From contig OZ024741.1 of NCBI GenBank assembly GCA_964016885.1, positions 331,080,001-331,144,000 on the forward strand: 64,000 nucleotides of DNA, read 5' to 3'. This document shows positions 22,937 through 40,800 of this stretch, piece after piece. The stretch comes from Eledone cirrhosa. Its lineage: Eukaryota. The notes under the pieces are model-generated. The model ran no database searches, had not been told where the DNA came from, and worked only from the letters and a program-made list of their open reading frames with translations. The translations under genes were made by a program, and so were the position numbers. The first letter of the stretch is position 1. Every line of letters starts with the position of its first letter.

Positions 22937-23650
22937 TATCTACACCTCTGCTGTACTCCTGTGTATCTCTATAATATATTTAAATCTCTGTTATACTTCT
23001 GTGTACCTCTACAATACATCTACATCTCTGCTGTACTCGTGTACCTCTACAATATATCTACACCTCTGCTGTACTTGTGTACCTCTACAATATATCTACA
23101 CCTCTACTGTGCTCCTGTGTACCTCTACAATATATCTACACCTCTACTGTGCTCCTGTGTACCTCTACAATATATCTACACCTTTACTGTGCTCCTGTGT
23201 ACCTCTACAATATATCTACACCTCTGCTGTACTTGTGTACCTCTACAATATATCTACACCTCTACTGTGCTCCTGTGTACCTCTACAATATATCTACACC
23301 TCTGCTGTACTTGTGTACCTCTACAATATATCTACACCTCTACTGTGCTCCTGTGTACCTCTACAATATATCTACACCTCTACTGTGCTCCTGTGTACCT
23401 CTACAATATATCTACACCTCTGCTGTACTCCTGTGTACCTCTACAATATATCTACACCTCTACTGTGCTCCTGTGTACCTCTACAATATATCTACACCTC
23501 TACTGTGCTCCTGTGTACCTCTACAATACATACATCTCTGCTGTACTCCTGTGTACCTCTATAATACATACATCTCTGCTGTACTCCTGTGTACCTCTAT
23601 AATATAACTACACCTCTGCTGTACTCCTGTGTATCTTCTATCTACAATAT
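22937..23650. repeat. 38/40-bp minisatellite, about 17-18 units, ending about 80 bp before the 23733 exon
   Basis: tacacctctactgtgctcctgtgtacctctacaatatatc with period 40 (for example 23101 and 23141). Confidence 0.95.
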
Positions 23651-23732
23651 TATCTACATCTCTAACAACATATAAGAAGCAGTACAGCACTATAACTGTG
23701 TCATACCAGTAATGCCCTCATTTCTATTTCAG

Positions 23733-23896
23733 AGTGCTACCGTGATACCAGCATGGTTGAAGGCCGTACAGACCAGACCAACCCAATGTCAGCTACTCGA
23801 GTAATGTGTGGGGCACTAATATTACCTACCATAGCTACATCAGTTGGTAAAATAGCATTCAGCTCAGTCCAGTCAAACTTCCAGCGTACCCTCCTT
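23733..23896 (+). CDS. MARCH5: MARCH5 exon, TM3 (ECYRDTSMVEGRTDQTNPMSATRVMCGALILPTIATSVGKIAFSSVQSNFQRTLL)
   Basis: Absent from the ORF track; translated by hand. tttctatttcag| acceptor and |gtaagt donor. SATR..CGAL..PTIAT.VGK motif. 164 nt, phase 1 to 0. Confidence 0.95.
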
Positions 23897-24799
23897 GTAA
23901 GTTTCTCTCTCTTTAATTATTGAATTTGAATAAGATAAGGCTTTGAAGTTGTGTGGATTAGTGGTTAGGGTTTGGGGCTCACAATAGCAATGTTGTGGCA
24001 TATTGTGTTCTGAGCAAAACACTTCATTTGATATTGCTCTTGTCTATTCAGCTGAAAATGATGGAGTTAACCTCGTAATGGATAGGCGGGGGAGAGCTTG
24101 GTACTCTGTCACTTAACATCGATTCTAGTACTGGGGTCGATTCTTCCTCTATATCACTTTCTCACTTCCATTCTTTCGCTCTCTATTCTTCTCTGGAAAA
24201 AATTCTGCTGTATTCAGATGTGGAGAGGTGATGGCCTCTGCCAGGTTTTTAAAAACTGCCCTAGATACACTGTATGTCAACACAGTACCCCTACAACCAT
24301 GTTTCTAACAAAATATACTGCTAAAATAACATACTTTTTCATTATTAAGTTGGTATTTGGAACATAACTTAATAGGTTTTTCTTACACGATTATGATGGA
24401 AGATTTACATTTATCCTTTTCATAACTGTATTTCTCATGAAATACACTCTATTTCAAATAATTAATGAAGAATTTTGTGATTTGTGAGAATTAATTATTT
24501 ATTTCATTGTTAAGATAGCAACTTAACATAGGGTTCTTATATAAAATTATGTTTGAAAATTTTAATTTAAATAGAAACCTTTTAAAATGTGTGGTTTTGT
24601 TTCACAGAACTAAAGTTGATTTTGACTAGGTTGGTATCAAAAGGGTTAAATAGGAACCCTTTGAAATGGGTGGTTTGGGCCAGGTTGTTATCAAAAGGGT
24701 TAAATATAAATGTATGTGAAAAGTAAATGGAAAAAACACAACAGACAATGAAATACAATGAAGATATATATTATTTTCACGCTTAATATAGTAGGAAAA

Positions 24800-24837
24800 G
24801 TCTTAATGTTTCGGATGTTAGTCCTTCATCAGAAAAT
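24800..24837 (-). ncRNA. Degenerate minimal hammerhead motif (Penelope/retrozyme-type remnant)
   Basis: Minus strand reads CTGATGA-A-GGA-CTAACA-TCC-GAAAC-ATT. Confidence 0.5.
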
Positions 24838-25037
24838 AGAATGAAAAGTTAAAGAAGAAATAGAATGATAGAGGAGAGTGAGCAGGGGTAGAAACAAAAA
24901 AAAAATCTTTGAGAAAAAGCAGGTCTGTTAATAAATATGAACATTAAAAAAATAGCTTCATACTGGGGAAGTTTCAGTTGGTTTGATATGAAAAGGTTGA
25001 AGTTTATTAAAACGTTTTTCATGGTCATCTGTTGCAG

Positions 25038-25205
25038 GGAGGTGTGGCATTCATCATAATAAAAGGCTTCCTCAAGATCTATCTACGTCAACAGCTCTAC
25101 ATCCAGCAACTGAGTCGTATAGTGAAGGACTTTAATGAGGACGATATGTCACCTAGTTCCATGGCTACATCCATGGCATCAACAGCAACGTCAGACCGCC
25201 AGTGA
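25038..25205 (+). CDS. MARCH5: MARCH5 terminal coding exon, TM4 and tail (GGVAFIIIKGFLKIYLRQQLYIQQLSRIVKDFNEDDMSPSSMATSMASTATSDRQ*)
   Basis: gttgcag| acceptor, phase 0. Matches vertebrate GGIAFVAIKGAFKVYFKQQQY. TGA at 25203-25205. Confidence 0.94.
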   Translation, partial: GGVAFIIIKGFLKIYLRQQLYIQQLSRIVKDFNEDDMSPSSMATSMASTATSDRQ

Positions 25206-25261
25206 TCTTCTTCTTCTTCTTCTTGGGATGCAGTGTACCACCATGTCATTGTCTGATATTG

Positions 25262-25492
25262 AGGGTGGTGGATTGGCAGAGGCGTTAGAGTGTCAGACAA
25301 AAAAAAAATGCATAGCAGTATTTGTTCCAGCTCTTTACATTCTGAATTAAAATCCCACCGAGGTCAACTTTGCCTTTCATCCTTTTGGGGTCGATAAAAT
25401 AAAGTACCAGTGAAATACTGGGGTTGATTTAATCGACTTTGCCCCCCTCCTCCAAAATTGTTGGCTTTGTGCCTAAATGTAGAAATCATTAT
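25262..25492 (+). mobile_element. tRNA-derived SINE (long subtype) starting about 57 nt after the MARCH5 stop
   Basis: ggtggattggcag head, gtcgataaaataaagtaccag, internal gatttaatcgacttt segment, agaaatcattatt end. Confidence 0.88.
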
Positions 25493-25614
25493 TGTCTGAT
25501 ATTACTACTTCTGTTGGTGGCTGTTGTCAAGGCAATTTTTGCAGTTGTTCAACGGAAAAGAGAATGATCTGTGTGTATGTGCATGTGTGTAGTGGAAGAT
25601 GTTTAAGTAGTAGT

Positions 25615-31225
<5,611 letters not shown>

Positions 31226-31559
31226 ACACACACACAAACATGAGGAGAATTACCTTGAGGAGAAAAAGGTGATAAAAATTCTTTCTTTTTCTCACTCTCC
31301 TCTCTATCAGTTTCATTCTTTCTCAAATGAAATTTGATAAACTTCAGTGAAACTCTTTCCTTTTAATTTATTTAAAAGGCAGATTAAAAAAAAAGACTTT
31401 TAAAAATAAAACACAAAATAGAAAAAAAAACGAATCAAAAAAGATGAAGTAGAAAGAAAGTGAAATTATTCAAGTGCACAAATTTATTATTAATCCTTAT
31501 CTCTTTTAATCCAAACTTGTCTCTTTTCCTTTCAATTACATACACATACCGACATGCAA

Positions 31560-31671
31560 ACATAATGTGCATACACTGGCATGAATACACATGTAGACCT
31601 TAGTACATTTTTACACAAGCATAAATATATATATATACACTTGTACTCTTATGTGTATCTATGTACTAGCA

Positions 31672-31719
<48 letters not shown>

Positions 31720-33300
31720 TTCAGATACTGGCATATATACACACATATATACCTTAGTGCATTTTTACACAAGCATAAATATACATACATATACTCCTAT
31801 ATGTATCTATACACTAGCATAAATATATATACACACACATTTCGATACTGGCATATATACACACACACACATATATACCATAGTACATGTTTTCACAAGC
31901 ATAAATATACATACATATACCCCTCTGTGTATCTATATACTAGCATGAATACATACACAAACATTTATATTTTACACACCTCTGTACATTAACATATGTA
32001 TATAATTAACAAAGTTCTGAATTATATATACAGACGCACGCATGTACACAGGTGGGCACAGATTATAGCAGCCCCTCCTACAGTGGCTTGTTGCCCTTAA
32101 CAACGCAGCATCAAATATGTTGGATCAAGGATTTTTCTAGAATATATGTAAAAAAAACAACCAAAAAAACAAAAAAAACTCTTTAAAAAAACAAAGGAAA
32201 AGAAATAAGTACAAAAAACAAACAAACCCCATACTTCTTTTCCTTTCAGAAATGTTTTATAATTTTTGTTTTAGTTGTTGACTTAACGTAGTTGATTGTG
32301 ATTGATAAGAATTTGGTAAATAATTGATCCCACATCTCTAGTATTCTGGGACTGCTATCTATACCTACCTTTAACATATCAATGATGACAGTTTTGGGGT
32401 GTAACTTTACCTTCTGATAAATACTACAGTTGTGGCTCTCTCATATTTTTGTTTCGATACATCTCCATTATACCTACCTATAGCATATCAATAGTGGCAA
32501 TTTTAGGGTGTAACTTCACTCTCTGATAAACATTATGGTTGGAGTTGTTACTGTTTAATTTTGATACATATTTCTTCTATTCATATCAACAATGGCAATT
32601 TTGGAGTGTAACTTTACCCAGTGATTAACACTACCATTGTGGCTGTTGCTGTCTTATATTTAGTTTTGGTACATCATTGTTCTGGAAAAGCTATACCTAT
32701 GTATAGCATATCATTGTCCGTGTCTTATGTTTAGTTTCAATACATCCTAGTCCTGAGTTCACTTCCTCACAAGAACTCACTTTGGGCAGCAGATGTTTGA
32801 GACAAAAATATTCCATTTATTTATTTTAGTCCGGGTTTCTTTTTTATTATGGAGCAAAATGTTGATATAGGTCTAGCAAACATGTTTTGAATTTAATGTA
32901 ATAGTGAGTGTGTTGTTTTGAATGAAGAAGAGTGAATGTGCTGTTTTGTGTGAATGAAAAAGAGAGAGAATATTGGTTTATGTGAGAGTGAGTGAGCAAG
33001 CATAAAGCTAAATAATAGGTGTGAAAAGGACAGTGATTACAATTCATAAACTGTGGTGAAGTAACAGGAATATTTGTAGGAGGCCTAGTCACTCATAAAC
33101 TATGGTGTGAAGTGACAACAATGTTTGTGAGAGGTCTAGTCATTCATAAACTATGGCATGAAGTGACAGAAATGTTTGAGGGAGACGTAGTTATTCATAA
33201 ACCAGTGTGGAATAACTCGAGGGGAGTGGTGGTCATTCACAAAGGATGGTTGTGAGAGGAGTGATTTTTCATAAATTGTAAACTGGTGAAATGGCAGGAG
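31560..33300. repeat. Three old tandem arrays (about 120 bp at 31560-31990, about 120 bp at 32330-32750, about 50 bp at 33040-33300)
   Basis: Recurrent cacaagcataaatatac, gtgtaactt..c..tgataaa and attcataaactatgg motifs. Confidence 0.7.
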
Positions 33301-34067
33301 TTATGATTTATAACATAGACTTTAAAACAAAGTTTCACCATAAAGTTGACTAAATAAGGTTATGTTTGATATATTTCTATGTTGGGTTTCAATTAAAAAA
33401 AGTCTTAACATTTTGGTTTCTCCCTAAAACTTCAATATATTTGTTGCTATAGAATCACAATAGAAACTTGTATACTAATAACAGAGTTGAGAAACACTGG
33501 ACAGATCTATATTTGTCTTTATTTTTAGCCATTAGAAATGATGGATTTTGTGATATGAGCTGACCATGAAATTAAATAAATCTCTTACAGTTGGATATTT
33601 TCATTTTGAGAGCAGTTTCATTTTTGTACATCATACTGTCAAAGTCATTCATAAATTTATGTTAATTTAGCTCTCCATTACCACGACCATCACAACAACA
33701 TCACCACCACTATCACTAAGTGACTTACCTGCTTTACTGGCAAAGAAAAGAGTTGAGGGTTGTTCAGTTTTCTGTCCAAAAATAATATCAATAATGGTAG
33801 GTAGCAGCTCTGTCAATAAGGTAGTGAATGGGCAGAGTTGTTAGAACGTTGGATGGAATGTTTCACAGTATTTCTTCTGTGTTCAAATTCTGCTGAGGTC
33901 AACTTTGCTTTTCCTCCTTTCACTCTCACACTCTCTCTGTATGTATATGTGTATATATATATATATTTATATACTGTCTAACCCATGCTGGCATGGAAGA
34001 TGGACGTTAAACGATGATGATGATGATATACACACACACACACACACACATACATATATACATATAC

Positions 34068-34150
<83 letters not shown>

Positions 34151-34152
<2 letters not shown>

Positions 34153-34540
34153 GCACATGGCTTAGTGGTTAGAGCATTGGGCTTGCAATCGAAAGGTTGT
34201 GAGTTCAATCTCAGACCGGGGTGATGTGTTGTTTCCTTGAGCAAGACACTTTATTTCACATTGCTCCAGTTTACTCAGCTGTAGAAATGAGATGATAGGG
34301 ACTGGGGTCCATATCATTCCACTGCAAAGTGGTCGTGGAGGCGCCACGGCAAAAAAGCACCCAGCACTCACTGTAAATGAGGTTGGTGTTTGGAAGGGCA
34401 TCCAGCTGTAGAAATCAAGCCAGAATTAGTTCCCATATGAGCAAGAGAAGGTCAGCTGATCGGACACTGCCCACAACAGGACAACCCGTCTAACCAATGC
34501 TAGTGTGGAAGAACGGACGTAAAACGGTGATGATGATGAT
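34151..34540 (+). mobile_element. tRNA-head SINE with RTE-derived body and (GAT)n tail
   Basis: tggcttagtgg A-box, gagttcaatc B-box, ccttgagcaagacact, gaagggcatccagctgtag, 3' end shared with the RTE tail at 12840-12895. Confidence 0.8.
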
Positions 34541-35119
34541 ACCTAGAAGCTATCAGCTGTGTTTAGACCTGGATACAGATGGGTTCTGCAAGGTATAGAG
34601 GTTTAAGACATCTTGTATCTCCTGACTATACCTCTACAACTCTATCAAAAGTTAAGGACCTGTGTGTGGACTAACCTGACCACAACATACTAATACAACT
34701 AAAACTTTACCAGTTTTGTTTTTCAACTAAATTGGAGAGGACTTCTTCAAGGCTATGTTTAAAGCACAGTATCAATTACAATAGATACAATGCAGCACTA
34801 ATCATGCACGCAGACCCCTGGCCTATCTGGGATGTTAGTAGCTCTGCTTCTGTACTTTTTTCATGCCAGTTAAAAGATAAAGGAGTCCCCCATAATATAA
34901 GATAGAGAAATCCAGTCAATGGTTCAAAGAGATATTCCCTCTGCCTTAGTGGAAAAATTTAGGATTTTCCCCATCAAAAAGATATTTGGACTCTAAGAAC
35001 GATTGTTCAAGGGTTGTTTACACCAAGAGACACCTGTTTTCATCATGGTAGGGTCATATACAAGACACTCAATCAACACAATTAGAAGTGCAACATCCTC
35101 CATAATTCCACCACTTTAA

Positions 35120-35314
35120 CCCAGCATTTGCATTACTCTATATATTTTATTGTATTTTCATGGTAAAGGCTTTATCTCACATAATATCGAATCTATGAGA
35201 TTTTGATATTATTTATTTTGAGAACAATACCTTAACATCAGTATGAGTGGCTGGTTTGAACAGAAAGAGGTGAGAGAATTCTGGCTGGATACGGTCAGTT
35301 TAAATGCTAAAGGG
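35120..35314. mobile_element. piggyBac-like MITE (inverse of 9657-9854)
   Basis: ttaa-ccc..agcattt ... taaatgctaaaggg-ttaa; body is the reverse complement of the 9657 copy. Confidence 0.8.
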
Positions 35315-35510
35315 TTAAACACTCTTTACATGTCACACAAGTCACAGGTTTCCAAAACATACTATCAATTGACTTGCATTATAAACAAAACGAACACACA
35401 AAAACACATACAACATCCTGATGATCCGCATTATTAAACAAAAGTTGCCTCCTGTAGAAAATGGATCAGTACATTTTTTTGCATTATATATATATACACA
35501 CACACATACA

Positions 35511-35676
35511 CGAGGGGCAGCTGATCAAGATACTCTCATGGAATGACCAAATGAGGTATATTTTTCGACATAGTCCCTGCAGTTATTAATAAGAATTGAA
35601 AGTAATTCATGGAAGATTTCACAGCTCTAGTATCACTCCTTCATAGTCAGCCTATGAACTTTTCAGCCCACCCTCA
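35511..35676. mobile_element. Short mariner-type MITE remnant
   Basis: cgaggggcagctga ... gaacttttcagcccaccctcata, similar to the mariner TIR. Confidence 0.55.
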
Positions 35677-35949
35677 TATATATCATCATCATTGTTTAAC
35701 ATCCATTCTCCATGCTAGCATGGGTTAGACGTGTTGTCCTATTTGAGGCAAGTTGGGTCAGATGACCATGTCTTGCTCATGCAGAACTGATTTTGGCTAG
35801 GTTTCTACAGCTGGTTGCCCTATCTAACACCAACCACATTTACAGTGAGTACTGGCTGCATTTTGTTGTGACACCGACAAAGCCACTTTGCTGTGTGGGC
35901 TGGGTGCTTTTTGTTGTCGCTATCATGATCACTTTACAGTGTGTACTGG

Positions 35950-37200
35950 GGGCTTTGATGGGAAGGGTGTGGGGGTATTAGAGAGGTGGGTATATGGGTG
36001 TGTGTGAGGAGCAAAGTGTTAGGATATTTGAGGTGAAGGTGGCGTATATCAAATGTATACTTCAGCCTGTATTCATGGGAGGCGGGATGGAGGTGAATAC
36101 TCTGTATGCTTCAGCCTGTGAGAAGGTGGGTCTTCTGTATTATTGCACCAGAGATCCCTGTCTTGTGTCATTGTTTTTCAGAGGTGCAATTGTGCAAGGT
36201 CAGCTTTTATCACCTCATCCCAAGTCTTCCATCAACTTTGAGTGATCTGACATTTTTATTTAGCTGTCATCATTCATACGCATCACACATCCATACCAAT
36301 GCAATCTCCTCTCCTGCACACTGCATCTGATTCCTCTTATACCTAGTTTCTCTCATTACGTTTATGCTTTGCTGCTCATGTATATTACTGTTACACATCC
36401 ATCGAAGCATGCAAGTTTCATTTCTTTCCAATCTTCATAAGTCCTGTGCACACACTGCCAAGACCTCACTACCATACAAAATTGCTGCTCATATACACGC
36501 ATCATACAATCTGCTTTTCATTTTGAGGGAAAAGCCTTTTGTAGCTAGCAGTGGTAATAGCTTCCTGAACTTCCACCCCATCCTCACTCAGGCTATTGTA
36601 CTTTAAGAACACCCACCTCTGCTGCTAATTTGGTCACCTAGGTAGCAGAAGCTGGCTACTGCTTTTACCAAACCTACCCAGTATTTGATAGTGCTTGTTT
36701 CCTGTGGGTTTTTGCTACTTAATGCTCCAGTGCAATGGCTACATGTAAAACCTACATTCTTAGCTAAACTTCCTACGATCCCACTACATCTCTTGTGTAC
36801 CCATAGTTTGTATTTGGGACAGTGAATGGCATTTCTACCTACACACAGGGCAAGGCCATTTCCCTGAGATCACGGCTCTGTTTTCCCTTCCACTTACTAG
36901 GATCTTAATCTTAGTCAGGTTGACTTTAAAACTCCTTTTTTTCTAGCCCATGCTTCCAGGTTTGGAATTCCTTTTCTAATTCTGCCATAGATTCAGCTAT
37001 GAGTGTAAGATCATCCACATGCAGAAGTTCCGATGGGCAGCCAGTCTTAAAATATGTTATAGCCTGCAGCAGAATGATAATAAGCAGGAGAGGGCTAAGA
37101 ACAGAGCTCCAGTGGATGCTAACCTGCATGCTAAATTCCTTGCTATATAGTCATTGTTAATCCTAACTTTGCTGACTGTTCTCTTTGTACAGCCTTAGGA
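35950..37200 (-). mobile_element. Degenerate RTE LINE, same family as 7435-8930
   Basis: SVLSPLL.II.LQAIT..KTGCP.ELLHVDDL and the same duplicated caggctgaagcatac 3' region. Confidence 0.9.
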
Positions 37201-37310
37201 ACATCATTTGTTTAGAGAGATCGAGAGACAAAAAGAGATGTCGTCGCCTGCATCTATATAGAGAGAGGAAACAACAAGCAAAAGAGATGTACATAGAGAG
37301 AGAAAAGGAA

Positions 37311-37481
37311 AACAAGGCCAGCAATTACCCAGTGTATTACTGGTACTTTATTTTATTGACCCCATAAGGATGAAAGGCAAAGTTAACCTCGGCGGGATTT
37401 GAACTCAGCATGACAAGGGCTGTAACTCTATGCATCAAAGCATGGCGTCCGACCCTCTACCGATACTGCCAATCCACCACC
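37311..37481 (-). mobile_element. tRNA-derived SINE (short subtype)
   Basis: Reverse complement of the family consensus. Confidence 0.88.
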
Positions 37482-37813
37482 CTAGAAATAATAATAATGA
37501 GGAGCAGGTATCACTATAGCATCACTGTTTATTCGCACATGACACATGTTTCACAATCGATTAGCTCAAGATACGATTGGTAGTAATCGAGGTATCGATT
37601 CCAGAGTCGGACTCGGTCACTACCGATCGTACTTGTATATATATATCGGCGGACCTGTGGTAAGTTAGTATAACTATGCATAGTAGGGGAGTCTATGCAT
37701 TGATGGCAAGGTTTCAATCCTTGCTGGAGATTTATATTAAAAAAAAAACAATAATATATATATATATGGAGTGTAACGCAACGAAGACATAACAAATCGT
37801 CCTTTTATTATTA

Positions 37814-40800
37814 CTAGCAGAAGAACCGCCCCTCGGGCGGTTTTCTGCTAGTATATATAGTGTGCATATTGATATATGCACATAGATATGATACGTAAAT
37901 TGACATAAACTGAACAAAGACTGTTACACTTACTTCTGTAATCAGTAAAGTAATCCATGATACATTTAAAAAAAGGCGATAATGGAGATGGAAAAGCAAT
38001 GAAACTAGACGGAAAATGTTCATGAATCTTCACTTGAGAATATCGATGGGAAACTTCAAGCAGTGAATTTGAAAATAGATGCTGCTGGTGTGAATGAATG
38101 AATTACATTTACCAATATGAAGAGTTGACCTTTGCAATATTGTTTTACTATATTCACATATAGACTTCTTAAGTTTTTGTAGTGTACCTTTTCTAACAAT
38201 TAAAAAGAAACAGAAATACATTTCAACTAAAAGAGTGATAGCTTTTTCACATCACTGTAGAATTTCTTCGTAGACACAGTTGTCAGCAAACAGACCCCTT
38301 TCATTTAATATTTTTATATTTTCTTTTTTTGTAACTCGTGATAATGCAACATACATCTGACCATGTGAGAAGAATTGTGTTGGTAGATATACACCTATCT
38401 TTTCAAATGTCTGCCCTTGTGTCTTGTTGCATGTAAGGGCAAAGGCTGGTTTGACAGGAAATTGCTTGTGAGTAAAAGTGAAAGGGAACTCGAGCTTTTG
38501 AGACACATGATATCCTTGAGATTAGCAACCTTGTTCCAGCATTGGGACCCAATGCCACTTCAGCTTCAATTACATGATTATGTAAACTGATGACGATGTA
38601 CCATTGCAGTGCCCATTCAGTTTAAGTATGTGTGTTGGGAAGCCTGATGGCGTAAGTTTGTTGATGAACTCAATTGGATATTGCAGTTCATTATCAGAGC
38701 TTCTATAGATTATTTCACAACCAGGGAACTTGTTGACCATGAACTCATTCACCAATCTTGCTGCATCATTTGTTGGAGTGATAATGGCTCTATTTGCAAG
38801 CCATAGTGGGTTTGTGTAGTTTCCTGGAAGATTTGTATACACAAAATCACACAGTCCAGACACATTACCATATTCCAGGCAAAGTTCATTTGGCAGAAAA
38901 ATTGTGAATGCACCTACAGTTGGTACAGTTGGAATATTACCATTTCCCAGACAAAGAAGGTAGTTTGCAAACTGTCATTCATCAGAATCCTCTGCATTAA
39001 GTAACCGTTGATTGGTTGTCATCTCCATGGTTTCCTAATAGTCCCAGAGATAAAATCTCTTGATGGTTGCCTCAACTATTTGTGGTCTAGCACCATGATG
39101 TACAATTGGAAGAATTTGCTTCCAGTCACCAGATAGTAATACTGTTAGACCACAAAATGGCTTTTTGTAATCTCGAACATCTTTGAAGCTCCTGTCAAGG
39201 CATTCGAAGATATGCTTATGTCCCATACCCATCTCATCAATAATTAGCAGGTCAACTTGCAGCATAAGTTTACCTGTGGAATCCCTCTTTGTGAAGAAGC
39301 AAGTTGATTCAGCAGTAACATTGAGAGGAATCTTGCACTTGGAATGAAGAGTTCTACCTTTGTGAAGCAAAGTGGCTGCTATTCCAGATATGGCAGTGGC
39401 AAGTGCAATTTTTTTTAGATCAGAGGTTAGGTCTTTCCTGTGCTAGCACTTGCATTCAAGCAGAACATTCTACCTTCATTTTCATTTACAGAGGTGATTA
39501 CTTTGTGAAATATAACCAGTTGCTCAGGATTCAATGTTGGTAGAAGTTCATTTATGTTTGCTTGCAGTTGGTGTGTATTGAAATCAGTTTCTGCCATAAG
39601 AACTCTGTTGATTTCTGCTATGACAACAATAGTTGGGTCTGGCTGAGGAAGTCCATAGTTGACATGAATGTCCAAGCCATCATGTTGAAGTCTTTGTTGG
39701 ATCTTCTGTAGAACAATCTGCATGATATCCTCTGCAAGACAATTCTTCCATTTCTCCCAGAACTGTAGGGGGTCATTTGGCATGCAGTACAATAAAATGG
39801 TGCAGAAGATCTCTCGCAGCTGAGGACCAAGTGTCATGGATGAGGTCTCTTCCATAGCTTTGTCTTTTTTTCCATCTTCATCCAACAGACCAAGTTTCCT
39901 GCATGCTTCTTAGAATGTTGGAAATTCAACACCTACAATTGTCCTCAAATCTTTGTATGACGTTGACCCAGCCTTGTGATGTAGGATCATCCGGAGATAA
40001 TATAATTCAGATTGATGTCTTCTGAGAGATACTGTTGGAATGTGTCCAGGAGATTCACTCATAAATTGTTGATCATCATCCAGATGTCCCTATTTTCTTC
40101 TTTGCCACTTTTTGTTTATCCAAGTGAAATATTTAGGAATATCAATATACAATATGTTTTGTGCCAGTGGGTCTAATATTCAGTTGAAAATATTCCGTCA
40201 ATTTAGTCATTAGCTGTCTCCTAGAAACAACACTTTCTTCCTACCCTTGCTCACACACGACCATTTGTTCCCCAGGTAAATGGCAAGGCAACTTTTCAAC
40301 TGGCAGTTTCCAATGATGTAATGAAACTTTATAGATTCTCCAGAATGCTTCACTGGCTGAGATATACCGTGCATTGATATAGGTCCAAATCTCATTTTGG
40401 GCATGGACACAATTTCCTTAATCATCCTTAATAATGAAAGTGATCTTGTCTGATCCTTTTGTGTTGTACTTATATAAATACTTAACAGCCTTGACACTGT
40501 GGACAACCTCACAATTGATGTGGCACTGATATCTCAATGAGAGGAAAGGGTTGTATGGAACAATCCAACGATTATCAACAGTAAATTCTTGACCTTTAAG
40601 TTGGATTGTATGGGTGTGACCACCATGCTGTCTATCCTTCTATACCCAGGAAAGGAATTTTCGGCAACAAATGTGGTTTGTCTGAATGCCTCAGGATAAC
40701 TTTTTGAGCAATGGCGTTATTGTCCTAGCTCTTCCATACATGAACACATCATATTAGCTTGTCCACATGGGCCATGAATGTTGCAGGATGTGATGATCTT

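Noticed and set aside
22920-23607. Three overlapping repetitive ORFs, CRISPR-like periodicity
   Set aside because: A 40-bp minisatellite with no unique spacers, in a eukaryotic intron.
34151-34225. tRNA gene
   Set aside because: A and B boxes are present but the sequence continues into a SINE body with no complete cloverleaf; the same applies to the other SINE heads.
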